This document shows positions 32,691 to 45,380 of a stretch of 64,000 bases of DNA, piece by piece. The stretch's first letter is position 1; every line of letters begins with the position of its first letter. The notes under the pieces were generated by a model that had not been told where the DNA came from, did no database searches, and saw only the letters and a list, made by a program, of their open reading frames with translations. The position numbers were made by a program, and so were the translations under genes. The stretch lies in NCBI GenBank assembly GCA_013265495.1, contig MU057398.1, positions 620,001 to 684,000 on the forward strand, in the 5' to 3' direction. The DNA comes from Vicugna vicugna (taxonomy: Eukaryota).

Positions 32691-33130
32691 CCTGCGTCTG
32701 CGTCTGCGTCTGCGTCCGCGTCCGCCCCCGTGGGGAGGGAAGGGAGGGGCGGGGAGCGGGGCAGGGGGAGGCCCGGCAAAGAGCAGCCGTGCGGCCCCTT
32801 AGGGCCGGGCTCCTCCGCTTTAACCCGAAGTGAGATGCATTCCAGCTCCGAGCGGCGGCCTTGAGCAACAGCCTTGAGCGGCGGGAGAGCAGCCGCCCCA
32901 GCTGGAGCTTCGTGCCGGGGCTGGGAGGGACGCGGGCGCCGCCGCGCTGCGGGCTCCGCGCGGCGGGGCGGGGCGGGGCGGAGCCGCTGGGCCGGGGAAT
33001 GCCGAGAGGTGTCAAAGAAATCCTTCCCGGCCTTTCAGAAACGGGCAGTTCCACTGTCTTACGGAACGTAAAGAAAAGCTGCTAAACGTGTTTTAAGAAA
33101 CCGCAAGAACCTTCCCCCGGGAGAACGTGG
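32600..33130. promoter_or_regulatory. Orphan CpG island with tandem GC boxes
   Basis: Dense CpG; GGGGCGGGGCGGGGCGG at ~32965; (CTGCGT)n at ~32692-32722. Confidence 0.7.
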
Positions 33131-33339
33131 TCTCCGTCATTGATCCATTGCAGGAGTCCCGGCCAGTATCTGGTGCTCAGTAGGCACTTCTGGCCTCACT
33201 GAATGAATGAATCTGGTTTCCAGATTTGACAAAGATAACACTCCCACTCCGCACCCACCACAGAGAACACTTCAGATCCTTATCACTGAAATATCCATGC
33301 ATATCAAAAATGAAAAATCAGCTAATACACTCCAAAAGC

Positions 33340-34030
33340 AGATTAAGGAATGAATATACCATAGCCCAATGGCGTTCATTCCAACAGTGCGGAGATGATT
33401 CATTTAGCGATTATGTTACTAAAATTAGTAATATTAATATGTCAGAGGAGAAAAACAGGACATTGGTAGATGTCAAAAAGGTCTTTGGAGCAATTCCACT
33501 TATGGGTAGCAACCCAAAAGAATTGAGAGCAGAGATTGGAACAGGTATGTGCACACCAGTGTCCACAGCTGAATTACAATAGCCAAAAGGTGGAAGCAAC
33601 CCAACTGTCCACCAATTGATAAATGGAGAAACAAAATGTAGTGACACACAATGCAATGTTATTCAGCTCTAAAAAGGAAGGAAATTCTGATACATGTCTC
33701 AACATGGATGAACCTTGCAAATATTGTGCTAAGTGAGATAAACCAGACCCAAAAGAACAAATGGTGTGTGATTCCATTCTGTGAGGTTCCTGAAGTAGTC
33801 AAAGTCACAGAGACGGAAAGCAGGATGCTGGCTGCCAGGAGGGCGGCGGGGAATTATTGTCTAATGGGGACAGAGTTTCAATTTTGCAAGATGAAAAGGA
33901 TTCTGGGGATGGATGGCGGTGATGATTGCACACCAATGTGAACGATCTGAACTTAAATCCCAGTTAACGGTACAGGTAGAGATGGTCAAAATGGTAAACT
34001 TTATATATTTTACCACAATAAAAAATAAAG
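33340..34030 (+). mobile_element. LINE-1 fragments (ORF2-derived and 3' end)
   Basis: gcaattccacttatgggta...caatagccaaaaggtggaagcaacccaactgtcc...acatggatgaaccttgcaaatattgtgctaagtga. Confidence 0.85.
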
Positions 34031-34145
34031 TGGGGGGAAGGTAATAGCTCGGTGGTAGAGTGCATGCTTAGCATGCATGAGGTCCTGAGTTCAATCCCCT
34101 GTACCTCCATTTAAAAAAAGAACATTTAAAAAAATAAAATAAAGG
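34031..34145 (+). mobile_element. tRNA-derived SINE (camelid-type)
   Basis: tagctcggtggtagagtgcatgcttagcatgcatgaggtcctgagttcaatcccc (pol III A/B boxes). Confidence 0.9.
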
Positions 34146-34204
34146 GTAAAAGGTATTTGATAAAATTCAAATCACTTAATAATGAAGGAATTTGAATAGA
34201 TGAT

Positions 34205-34630
34205 ATTCCAGTTAACTATGGCCGCACAACAAACTACCCCAAAACAGTGGCCTAAAACGACTCCGAGCCTCCATTTGCTAATGGATCTGCAACATGGGCA
34301 GAGCTTATCTCTGCTCTACGTGGTGTCAGCTGGGGCCAAGATGACAAGTGGGGAAGTTGGTGCTGGATGTCAGCTGGGAGCTCTGCTGGGGCTGAGGGCA
34401 GAGTGCAGAGGGCGTGGCATCTGCCTCCAAGGGTCAGCGTCTCAAGAGAGGAACCTGACTTTGGAAGCCACTCGTGTCCCTTCTGACAGACTCCATCTAG
34501 TCAAGGCAGTTGTAAAGGCCCACTCAGGGTCCAGGGGACTCCACTTCTTGATGGGGGAGTGGAAATGTTCTGGAAGAGTCAGTGGGGTGGGAAATATTAT
34601 TCAAGTCATTTTTGGAAGGTGAAATATATG
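34205..34630 (-). mobile_element. MaLR (MLT1-like) LTR remnant
   Basis: cacaacaaactaccccaaaacagtggcctaaaac...ctccacttcttgatggg. Confidence 0.6.
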
Positions 34631-34778
34631 ACAGATGATAGCTTCATAAGCTGAAACATTATTTATCATCTATCTATGTATCTATCATCTCAAGCCAAAG
34701 GGCAGTGCTATGTTTAATGGGGAAATAAAGCTGGAAGCATTTTCATTAGCCAAGAACAAGACTATATCCTGGGAGGAG

Positions 34779-34875
34779 AGGGAGGGTATAGCTCAGTGCT
34801 CATGCTTAGCATGCATGAGGTCCTGGGTTCAATCTCTAGTACATCTGTTAAAATAAACAAATTAATGAAAAAAAG
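34779..34875 (+). mobile_element. tRNA-derived SINE (camelid-type)
   Basis: gggagggtatagctcagtg...catgaggtcctgggttcaatc. Confidence 0.85.
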
Positions 34876-37389
34876 ACAATATCCACACGATCACCGTTAT
34901 TATTTAACATTGACAAAAATACAAGGAACACATGCTGGAAAGGACAAAGCAAAGTTCTCATTATTGGTAAATAAGATGATTGTACAACTGAAAAGTCCAA
35001 GAGAATCAAGTGAAAAAGAGTTCTGAAAAACAAGCAAATGCAGTCAGTTGGCTGGTTACAAAATTAACACCGTACCCTAAAAAGGGTGGGTTTCAATGTA
35101 AAACCAAGTTAGAAAATGTAGCAGGGTATCCCATTCCACCCCCTCTCCTGAGGCCACACCAACAAGAAAGGCCGACCAACATGCAAGAGTCTTCCATATT
35201 AGGTCTTATCTGTTGAAGATCAGTGTTGCTCTTGGCCACTGGGTCCCACCTTGGAGAGCGCTGGTCCCCTGCCTGAGGCTCTGAGCTCCAACAGGTGGCG
35301 GGAGACAGCGGTGGTGGCGGTGTGCCCAGAGGCCACCCGGCATCAGTCAGTAGTGTCCTTCTGGTCTGGGGCTGCTGGAATGGCACGTGGGGCAGGACTG
35401 GAATCTCCTGGCCAGCCCTGATTCTGGGTCGGATCTGAGGCTGGGCATTGTTTTCTCTTTGGGTTTGCCTAGTTTTAGCATCAGGTTTCACTCCTTTAAC
35501 CAGTCTTTGTAGGTAGTCAACTCTTTGGAAGCATATGCACAAAATGGTTTTATTTTTACCAGTAATTGCCCCCCCCCTTTCCATCGGGTTGTGGTAAATC
35601 TCCCTGAAGACATCGAAGGCAGAGTCCATCACTTTTCAGGTCTCCTGTGGTTAGTCTCATTCTGGTGAAACCGATGGTGTTCATTTTCATACATTACCCT
35701 TGTATCCAGTCCAAATCGCTCTCCTGCCCAGGAGTCCATCCACCTTGGGCTCGGCCTTCTTCCTTGCCTCTGGGTCCTGTCTACCCCACAGCTCCTGCTG
35801 CTGGTGGTGGGGGGTGGTCCCTCAGTAGGAAATCTTTGTGGGTAGAGTCAGCAAGATGGCCCACTTGAAACCCACCATCTCCTTGCTATGCCAGTCCCCA
35901 GCACCAGGAGCTCTGCCCCTTCTGGATGAGACAGGAACGATTCAAGCACCCCTCATCTCCAGGAGTGATTCTCTTGGGGCACCACTCCCTTGGCTTTGTA
36001 GAGGGCAGCCCCCCACGTGCTCCCCTCCAATGTTACACCAGCCGGTGCCTCTCGTTGCCTGAGCAGTAGCGTGACAGCTGTGGTGTTGGGAGGCCCAGTT
36101 CTGCTCGATTGCGATTGCACCTCTCGGCAAGCCCCAGGGAGAGGTGGCTTCCCTCAAACGCAGCAGCTTTGGACCTCCTCAAGTGAGAACTGAAACCATA
36201 GATAATCATCCAGCCTCTTATCTCCCAGTGCCTTTAGTATGCCAGGAAATTTTTGTCTAGGACGAGGAAGTTGCAAATAAGTTTATTGTTTATTTCAGGA
36301 ACTTCCTGAAAATCCATTTATCCAAACATTCAACTAGCCCTCATCAGGGTAGCAGCCCCCAGCAGAGAACGAAGGTCTGCTCATCTTGGTAGTGCCAAAA
36401 TGGGGTAGGAGCAACAGTGGCCTAGGCGGGGGCTCACTTGTGAAACCTGACACTGGCATCCTTTCCTAGTCCTGCGTTAAACCATTACACCTTACTGGGA
36501 GCTAACATACCATCCTGGCCCCATAACAAACAATTCTGGGACCAGGTATCCTTTCCCATTCCGTTGTTAAACTGGGAACCAAGCAAAGTACACAGGATAC
36601 TGGCTCCTGGATGTATTCTCACCTGGAAGGTCAGACTATAACCCCACCTTCAAGGAGCCCCACCCCTGGGCTGTGTCCACCAATCCAAAGTGACTACATC
36701 ATAACCTTGCCCTGCCCTCAGGTTCCCACCTTGAAATTGCTGTGAGACTCTAATGCCCCGAGCCTTGCTGCCAGTTTGCTCTGTGGAGGCAGTGTTCTTC
36801 CTCATTGCCTTTGCAGTGAGTCCAGTAAACTCAGTTTTGCCTGATCGACAGGTTTTTCTGGCAATCATTTTGGGGAGTTGGCAGCCAAGAGCTGCAATTG
36901 GGAAAATGGGGGGGGGCGCCGCTTTGGTCACCTCTAGTGGCTCTGGTGGCTGCACACGGGTAGAAAGAGGCCACACACACATTCTCAATGTAGGTTGTGT
37001 TCTAGTCCCAAGTTTATTAGCCAAAGATGCAGAATTGTGTCTGAAGCCAAATGACCACACTGCACAGGGGCAGACGCAGCCCCAGAGCCAGGCAGGGGCC
37101 CCGAGTCTCATTTCTTCTGATACTCGGGGCTGACCAGGCTCCCCCAGTGGAACTGCCTCTGTGAAAGGAGAGGACAATTTGCTAACACGGGCTGTTTGCC
37201 GTGTTTAGTGCTGTGGCTGGCAATTCCATTTCATGTGTGACTTTTGTTGTATTCAGTTTTTCTACTTCTTTTTCAGACAATTTTGGAGGTTTCCATTTTT
37301 CAAGGAAAATAATTTAGTCTAAAATTTCAAATTATTGGTATAAGGTTATATTTGGTATTTAGTATTTTTAAAAAATTTAATTTCCTCAA

Positions 37390-37755
37390 CCCACGAGTAA
37401 TATTCTGTTGTATATATAAAACCACATCTTCTTTACCCATTCATCTGTTGGTGGACATTTAGGTTGCTTCCGTATCTTGGCTATGTAAATAATGCTACTG
37501 TGAACACTAGAGTGCATGTATCTTTTCAAATTTGTGTTTTTGTTTCTTTTGGAAATAAAAATTCCAGGAATGGAATTGCTGTATTGTATGGTACTTCTAT
37601 TTTTAATTTTTTTGAGGACCCTCCATACTGTCCTCCACAGTGGCTGCACCAATTTACATTCCCACCAACAGTATAGAAGGGTTCCCTTTTGTCCACATCC
37701 TTGCCAACATTTGTTATTTGCGGTCTTTTTGATAACAGCCATTCTGACAAGTGAA
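37390..37755 (-). mobile_element. LINE-1 3' fragment
   Basis: ccattcatctgttggtggacatttaggttgcttcc...ggctgcaccaatttacattcccaccaacagt. Confidence 0.9.
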
Positions 37756-38322
37756 GTAAATTTTTGCATGGAAAGTACCAGGAACAAAGGTAAAGGCACA
37801 TCACAAACCAGGATAGAATAGTCGTAACACATATGACTAGACCAAGAAGATGACCCCGGTAAGAGAGCCGAGTGGGCATTTGACCACAGATACGACTAGA
37901 CAGCTCACATGAAAATAAATTCAAAAGGCCAATGAAGACCAGTACAGGAACAGCCAACTTCACTCAGACTGAAGGAAGTGCAAATAAAAAGCAAGATATG
38001 CCTTTTCACAGATTAGCTTTGCAAAGGTGAAGCTTTTGCCAATGCCTGGTGTTTTGGAGGCCACTTTGGCTCCATCTACCAAAACGAGTGATCCAGTTCC
38101 GAGGGGTCTCACCTAAAGAAAACCCTTGCCTGAGCGTGTAAAAATGCATGTGCAAGGATCCAGGATTGTTTATGGTGGCAGAAGCACAGAGTAACTGGAA
38201 ACCTCCTAACTGACCGCCGATATTGTGTCTGCCCTGCCTCTCTGCGGAGGTACAAAGGTAGTGAGACTGGAAGGGGGCAGGGCACAGCCATTCAAGGAAT
38301 GCCACAGCAATTAACATCAAAA

Positions 38323-38880
38323 TGGTGAAAGATTCAACCCCCAGTAGGCCTTGAGGCTCAAGATGATGAGAGATTTAACTTCTAGTAGATCTTGAGCTTC
38401 ATTATATGCTCATTGTAATATATTAACATGGTGAATAACACGCCCCCAGGCACCAACATGGCAGTCGCTGGCCACAAAAGGTCAAAGGGTGGGAAATGGC
38501 CAACTTCCTGGGAATCCCAGCCCCTTCCCCAGGCTACTTAGACGGGTCCTTCCACTTATTAGCATATGAAGCCACCAAGCCCATAAAAACCAGCAACGCG
38601 GCGCTTCGCTGCCGCCCCTCTCTCTCTTCTGAGGCAGCCCACACTCTGCGGAGTGTGTACCTACTTTTAATCTGAGCACCCAACCCCCACACCTCGTGGC
38701 CTTTCTCTTGCCTTTCAATGTGTCTCTCTGAATAAATCTACCTTTACTCAACTGTGGCTCGCTCCTGAATTCTTTCCTGCACAAAGCCAAGGACCCACGC
38801 TTGAATGGGCACATCCCAGGGGCTCAACCGAAGCCTGGAACTCAGCCCTTCTCATGCCCCACATCCGGTTTCCTGCATCA
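38323..38880 (+). mobile_element. Solo ERV LTR (ERV1-like)
   Basis: TATA-like cataaaaa ~38582, AATAAA ~38730, ctcctgaattctttcctg..aagccaagga, ends ...tcctgcatCA; no primer-binding site follows. Confidence 0.75.
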
Positions 38881-40199
38881 GTAGGGCTGAGCAGGGGGCC
38901 AGGGCGCAGGCTGTCTGCACAGGGCTGGGTGCAGGGGGCAACGCCAGCTGAGTCACGGGAGGTGGCCCGTGGTGGTTTGCTGCTCTCAGGGTGGAGATTT
39001 CAGGTGGGGAAAGTGAGAAGGGGTTTGTCTTCCTTTGTACACGACACTTCTGTACTGTTTGGAATTCTTTGTAATGAGCAGGTATTTTTAAAAGGAAAGG
39101 TTTGTTGGTTTGTTTTTTTAAACAGACTCTAAAAATATTCTGGCTAGGGGAAAAAAAATGACTGCATGGTGGCCAGGAATGGGACGCCTGATCCCAGGTT
39201 GGCTTTGCTCCCAGCCTGCTCACTGGTTGCCTTAGAAACAGGCGGGGGGGCGCAGTTATCTAGGGTAGCCATTAAGGCAGTGACTCAGCAGAAAACTCAA
39301 CCCAAGAGGGAGGTCTCCATTTACTGTTTTTGCCTGCTGACTTTCATTCTCTTCTAGAAAAGCAACAGCAAGGGAGAGTTTCTGATGTCACATTAGATAT
39401 CTGTTGAGATGATTAAAAAAATGGAGGGGCTAGGACAAGTCGACCCTCTCTTCTAATTTCTCACCAGCTGAGCAGTGTTCCTGTGTTCTCCTGTCCCTCA
39501 GGGACCATGGTTCCCCTTTCCTCTGCCAGCCTGTCCTTTGGCTGGACTTCATATCCAGCCTCCACTTTGGGCTGGCATCCCAGACCCTCCCCCTGACAGT
39601 GTAAAGCAAGCCTCCTTTCAGGAGGGCTTACTCAAGGTTGCTACAGGAACTGGTGGCCTACAGACCACAAGCAAGCCAAAAAAACCTCCTACCATTAGTG
39701 GCGAAACTCAGTATGGTTCATACACTCAACGGAGAGAAAAAGCTAAGGGGCATAGTTTGGTTTGGCTTCAGTCTGGCTGGCCCGGGCACAGATCTGACTT
39801 GAACGGGGGTAAATGGACAGCACAGTTTGACATCTGAGTGTTGTCACTTCACAACTGCTGCATTCATGTCGACGGGACTGAGAGACCTGAATGGCGGGAG
39901 AAGAGGCTGGAGGGCTCGGCAGGGGCGGGGCCCCTGCAGTGCGATGCCGGCTGTTGGAGCCATCAGTGACAGAGCTGATGGGGGCCTGGGTGGGGCAGGG
40001 GCCAGGGAGAGGGTACCAGACCAGTGGGAGAAATGTACAATTTGGAAGAAGATAAGCTGTGTGGGTTCACTGGTGTTGGGGGTGTGAGTGTGGGAACAGG
40101 AGGAAGTAAGAATAACTTCTGGCCACGGATGATAGTCTATCAGACTCTCACTGAGAACAGCTATAGTAGTTGGACAAAATGTATATTTTTAAAGACTCA

Positions 40200-41640
40200 T
40201 TTGAAGGCATCAGAGAACAAGCAGCAAAGGCCTGACTCAAATAAGGGTGCATGCAAGAGGCAAGGGCCAAAGTCACCCTGGCTTGTCCCCAGGCAAGAGA
40301 GGAGAGAGGGAGCGATACTTGAAGAGATAGTGGCTGAGAATTTTCCCAAGCTGACGAAAAGACATCAAACCCCAGATTCAAGGAGGTCACAAACATTAAG
40401 CAACATAGATACAAAAAAAAATCACAGCCAGGCACATCGCAGTCAAACTGTTGCAAATCCAAGACGGAGAAGAACTGTTGAAAGCAGCTAGCGGGAAACA
40501 CTGCCGGCCTGCGGAGGCATCATAATATGACTGACGCTTGACTCGTCAACACAAATAGTGAACGGTGATGGGGTGATAGCTGTTAAAGTGCTGAAAGAGA
40601 AAAATTGCCAACCTGGAGTTCTAGACCCAGCAAAACAGCCTTTACAGGCGAAGGCAAAATAAATACATTTCAGGCAAAGGTTGTGGCAACTCAATGCCAG
40701 CCTGTGTGTCCTGTAAGAAATATTTCAGGGAGCTCTTCAAGGTGAAAGAAAATGACCCTGCACCTGAAAAGATGCTCAATGTCATTAGTCATTAGGGAAG
40801 TAGAAACCAAAACTACAGTAAACAAGCCAGCACTTCACACCTACTAGAATGGCTGTCATCAAAAGGACAGACAGCACCAAGTGTCGTTGGTAAGGACAGG
40901 GACACATCGTAACCCTCACACGTTCTAGTGGGGATTTAAAATGGTGCAGCCCTTCTGGGAATAATTTGACAGATCCTCAGAACGTTACACACCAGTTACC
41001 ATATCACCTAGCAGTTCCACTCCTAGATTCATGAAACATGGCCACAGGAAAACTTATACACAGATGTTCACAGCAGCACAATTCACAGCAGCCCCAAAGT
41101 GGAGAAAACCCAGATTTCCTAGATTTCAGTCTAGGGATGACTGGATACACAAAATGTGGTCTCTCCATACGATGGACTATTATTCAGCTGTCAAAAGGAA
41201 TGGCTGATTGACATCTGCTGCACCATGGGTGAGCCTCAAAATCATCCTATTAAGGGAAAGAAGTCAGACATAAAGACCACATTTTTATGACCCCATTTAG
41301 ATGAACTGTCCAGAACAGTAAAACTGCAGAGACAGAAAGTAAATTAGTAAGTGCCTTGGTTTGGAAGGGGGACAAAGAAGGATGGGCAGTGACTGCTAAT
41401 GGGCACAGCGTTTCTTTTTGCAGGGATGACGATGCTCTACAATACATTACAGTGATGACTGCACAACTCTAAATATATGGAAGGAGGGAGAAAAATAGCT
41501 CAGAGGTACAGTACAGTGCATGCTTAGCGTGCATGAGGTCCTGGGCCCAATCCCTGGTCCCTCCATTAAAATAAATAAATAAAATTGAATTGCCTACTTT
41601 AAACCAGTGAACCTTGTGGTATGTGAATTATATCTTTTTC
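40200..41640 (+). mobile_element. LINE-1 fragments (ORF1-like and 3' end), interrupted by a SINE at ~41483-41585
   Basis: Degenerate ORF1-like EEIVAENFPKL; later gcagttccactcctag...gttcacagcagc. Confidence 0.8.
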
Positions 41641-41654
41641 CAATGTTATCTACT

Positions 41655-41785
41655 TTTATTTTTTGTGGGGGAGGAAATTAGGTTTATTTATTTATCTTTA
41701 GAGGAGGTACTGGAGATTGAACCCAGGACCTTGTGCATGGTAAGCATGTGCTCTCCCACTCAAGCTATATCCTCCCCACCCCTGT
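41655..41785 (-). mobile_element. tRNA-derived SINE (camelid-type)
   Basis: gaggtactggagattgaacccaggaccttgtgcatggtaagc. Confidence 0.88.
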
Positions 41786-42569
41786 AAGTTATACCTTAAT
41801 AAAGGCGTTACAAACCCCAGCAGATTTGCCCCAGCCCTCTTAATAAACACGTGATGGAGACAGGAACAACCTTCCCTGGGTTGCAGAGGACCACCCGTAG
41901 CATATTTGTTACTTAAAGTGTAATTCAAAAAATACTGACGTTTATGCCAGAGGACCCTAGAGGGTTGGCGGTGATGTTGGCAGGAAACAGCTGGGGCTGG
42001 ATCCTATTCGTTAGTGTCTCCTAGAGTGATGCTATCCTCTCATTATTTTCTTGACCCTATTTTCTGCCAAGAAATGAAGTAATTTGAGAAAGAAAGCAAG
42101 GGAGGTGGGGAGGGAGGGAGGGATACAAGGTGGAAGAACAAAGCCCCAGGCAGGCATGTAGAACCCTGGAAAGGGAATTGATGGGGGTAAACACAGTTTA
42201 AGTCAAGACGAACTGTTTCAAACACCACCAGTAAAGCCTTTAGGGGTTTAAAAGATAGCGCCAAAAGCCAGGGGGAGGGGTAAATGTTCAGTGGGCAGAG
42301 TTTACATCGGGGACGAGGAAAAAGTTTTGGGGTACAGATAATGGTGATTGTTACGCAGCACTGCGTACGCCTCCAGTGTCAGTGAATTGTATACGAGCAG
42401 CTAACATGATAAACATTAGATCACGTACATTTTCCTGTGAGAAACACACACACACAACCATATGGGCAATTACATTAAAATGTCAATGGAGAAACAATGC
42501 TTGCCAGGCTGGATTAAAGGAAAAAACCCAGCAATATGTTGCTTAAAAGAGACATACTGTATTTTTGAG

Positions 42570-42715
42570 AGTTTTGGTCTTGTTTGGTTTTGGGGGGGGC
42601 TTGATTTTTTTATAATTTTTTAAGTTTTATTTTTAATGGAGGTACTGGGGATTGAACCCAGGGCCTTGTGCAGGCTAAGCATTTGCTGGACCACTGAGCT
42701 ATAACCTTCCCCACC
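42570..42715 (-). mobile_element. tRNA-derived SINE (camelid-type)
   Basis: aatggaggtactggggattgaacccaggg...ccactgagcta. Confidence 0.88.
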
Positions 42716-42729
42716 CTAAAACTGGTTTT

Positions 42730-44420
42730 TTTTTTGAGATCGAATTGACATAAAATAAACTGCACGTAGCTTAAAGCCTATAGTTTGAAATTTCCATCTG
42801 GGAAACCATCACCTCCAAAAGCTTCCTCCTGCCCCTGGGGACCCCCTCCAGCCTGGCCCTCCCTGCCCAGCCCCAGTCAGCCACTGAGCAGCTTTCTGTC
42901 ATGAGAGATAAGTCTGCGTTTCCTGGAATTGTGTCTAAATGCGTTTGCTGTCAGGCCCCTTTCACTCAGCAGTTAGTCTGAGTTGGATCGTTCATTCCTT
43001 TGTACTGCTAAGTAGTCTTCTGTTGTATGAACACGCAGTTTATTCACCCAGTATCACCTGATGGCCATTTGGATTGTTTCCTTGGTCTGGCTGTTGTGAA
43101 CAGAGCAGCCATGAACATTTGGATACCTGTCTTTGTGTGGAGATATGAATTCATTCCTCTTGGGTAAATCCAAGAGTGGAATGCTCATATCACGGTAGAG
43201 GTGGATGGTAACATTTTAAGACACTGCCAAACCATTTTCCAAAGTGGCTGACCCATTTTATATTCCACCACTGTAAAGACAAAGGGCCCAGAATAACTGA
43301 CCATCTTGAAGAAGAACAAACCTGGGGCTTATCACTGACAGAAATCAAGACTCTGGGGGGAGGGTGTAGCTCAGTGGTAGAGTGCATGCTTAGCATGCAC
43401 GAGGTCCTGGGTTCAATCCCCAGTACTTCCATTAAAATAAATAAATAAATAAGCCTAATTACCTCCCCACCAGAAAAAAAATCAAAAAAAAAAAAAAGAA
43501 AGAAAAAAGAAAAGTTAAAAAAAAAAGAAATCAAGACTTGCTCCAAGAACCAAGCTGGTGCGGTGCTGGTCCAGGGCCAGCTAAAGAGACTGGGGGAATG
43601 GAACGGAGGCTAGCCGCAACTCCATGCAGACACAGCCAGCGGGCCGATGACAGAGTCGTCACAGTGGGTCAAGAGTCTTTTTACTAACTGGTGTGGGAAA
43701 ACTGAATGTCCATGCAGGGAGAAAAGGCCATCTTGATGCCCACCTACCACCAGAAACAAAAATCAGTTTAATTACAAAAAAAAGGCAAAAAAAATCAGTT
43801 TGAGATAGAGCTTACACTCAAATATGAAAGGTAAAGCAAGGAAGTGTCTAGAAATCAAAGAATATCTTCATGACCTTGGAAGAGGTAAAAAAAATGTCTT
43901 AAACAGAGCACAGAAAGCATTGATCAAAACAGAAAAGATCAATTAGGCTGGACTTCACTAAAATTAAGAACTGTTCATCAAAAGGCGTCCTTAAGAGTGA
44001 GAAGGTAAACTCTAGAGTGGCAGGAGATGTCTATGGTACACATATCACCCAAGACTAATACTGTGAATATCCATGGAAGTGTTCCATATTGGCAAGGACA
44101 GCAACCCAATTACACCGCGTGCCTTCCACCGGGGAGGATCTATGGGTGGCCAATAAGCAAAGGAACTGATGCTCAGCATCATTAGTCATTAGAGAAATGC
44201 AAATTAAAGCCACAATGAGATCCCATCTCACATCTGTTAGAATGACTACAGTTAAAACTAGCTGACAATACCAAGTGTTGGTGAGGATTTGGAGCAATCA
44301 GAACGCTCAGAAACTTCTGGGGGATGGTGGGGGGGGTAGGTAAATGGGTACAGCCACCCTGGAAAATGCCTGGCAGGATCTGCTGAAGCTGACCATAGGC
44401 ATTCCTTGTGACTCAGCAGT
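42730..44420. mobile_element. LINE-1 fragments in both orientations (minus ~42730-43275, plus ~43280-44420)
   Basis: gatggccatttggattgtt...gccaaaccattttccaaagtggct; cattagtcattagagaaatgcaaattaaagccacaatgag. Confidence 0.75.
43353..43525 (+). mobile_element. Full-length tRNA-derived SINE with 13-bp TSD
   Basis: ggggggagggtgtagctcagtggtagagtgcatgcttagcatgcacgaggtcctgggttcaatcccc; AGAAATCAAGACT at 43340-43352 and 43526-43538. Confidence 0.93.
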
Positions 44421-44439
44421 CCTGTTCCCTGTATACAGG

Positions 44440-45380
44440 CGTGTGCTGCTTTGGTACAGTGTCAGTCTAGCTAAGCTGGAGCTACATTTCCCAGAATTCC
44501 CTTTCCTGTGTGTTCTGGCTCAGAATTTGGCAGATGGGAGGCATTTTTATGTTGTGAAGGCTGCTGTGAGGCACCATCCCAAATGCCAGGCCAGATGTGT
44601 GTGCAACTTTGTGGTGAAGGGGGCCAGTCATCCCGGGGGGGCTGCCTGTGTCACCAGCATTTGAATACAGTGAGACAGATGTGGGCTCTACTTGGTTTTC
44701 CTCTCCCACGAATGGCTGTCTCTCCATTCCAGAGGCCAGCCCTACTGACCTGAGGCCCGACACCAGAGGCAGAAGCAACAGCTTCACAAAGATTGCCAGG
44801 TCGAACCATATCTGTATTGATTATTCTCACCTGTAGTGGTTCTGCCTCTCAGACTAAATCCGGATACAACACTCAAGAGAAATACGTCACTGAGCCAACC
44901 TAGTGGCTCTCGTGTGTGAGAAACCTTTCCAGGGCGACGGAAATGCCCTTGTGCCAGTTTTAACCCTGTCCATGAATCCTTTGATACTCCTCCCATCAAA
45001 AGCTGGACTGTAATTCCTTTCCCCTTGAGGGCACAGCAGAGACCAGGCCATGAAAGGTGACAGCCTCCACCAGGCTGTCTTGAGATGGTCACTCTTAGAA
45101 GCCACCCCTCGTGCTGGGAAGAAGCCACATGACCACAAGGAAGAGGCATGTTTAGGTGTCCTAGCCCCTGAAGGGTCCTCAGCTAACCACCAGCATCGAC
45201 CACCAGACACGTGTGGGAGACTCCAGATGGTTCCAGCAACCAGCCTTCTGGCCACTCCAGCTGACACTGAGTTGCCCATCTGAGCCCCGCCCAGACTGCA
45301 GGTTCATGGGCAAAATAAACATCATTGTTTCAGTCCCTGAATTTTGAGATAGCTTGGCACAGGAGATAACTGGGGTAGAC
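44440..45380 (+). mobile_element. ERVL/MaLR-type LTR remnants (MLT1-like at ~44830-45375)
   Basis: ctacatttcccagaattccc; gatactcctcccatc...ccagactgcaggttcatgggcaaaataaac. Confidence 0.6.

Noticed and set aside
43353..43430. tRNA-like sequences with A/B boxes
   Set aside because: Followed by a SINE body, A-rich tail and TSD, so these are SINE heads, not tRNA genes.
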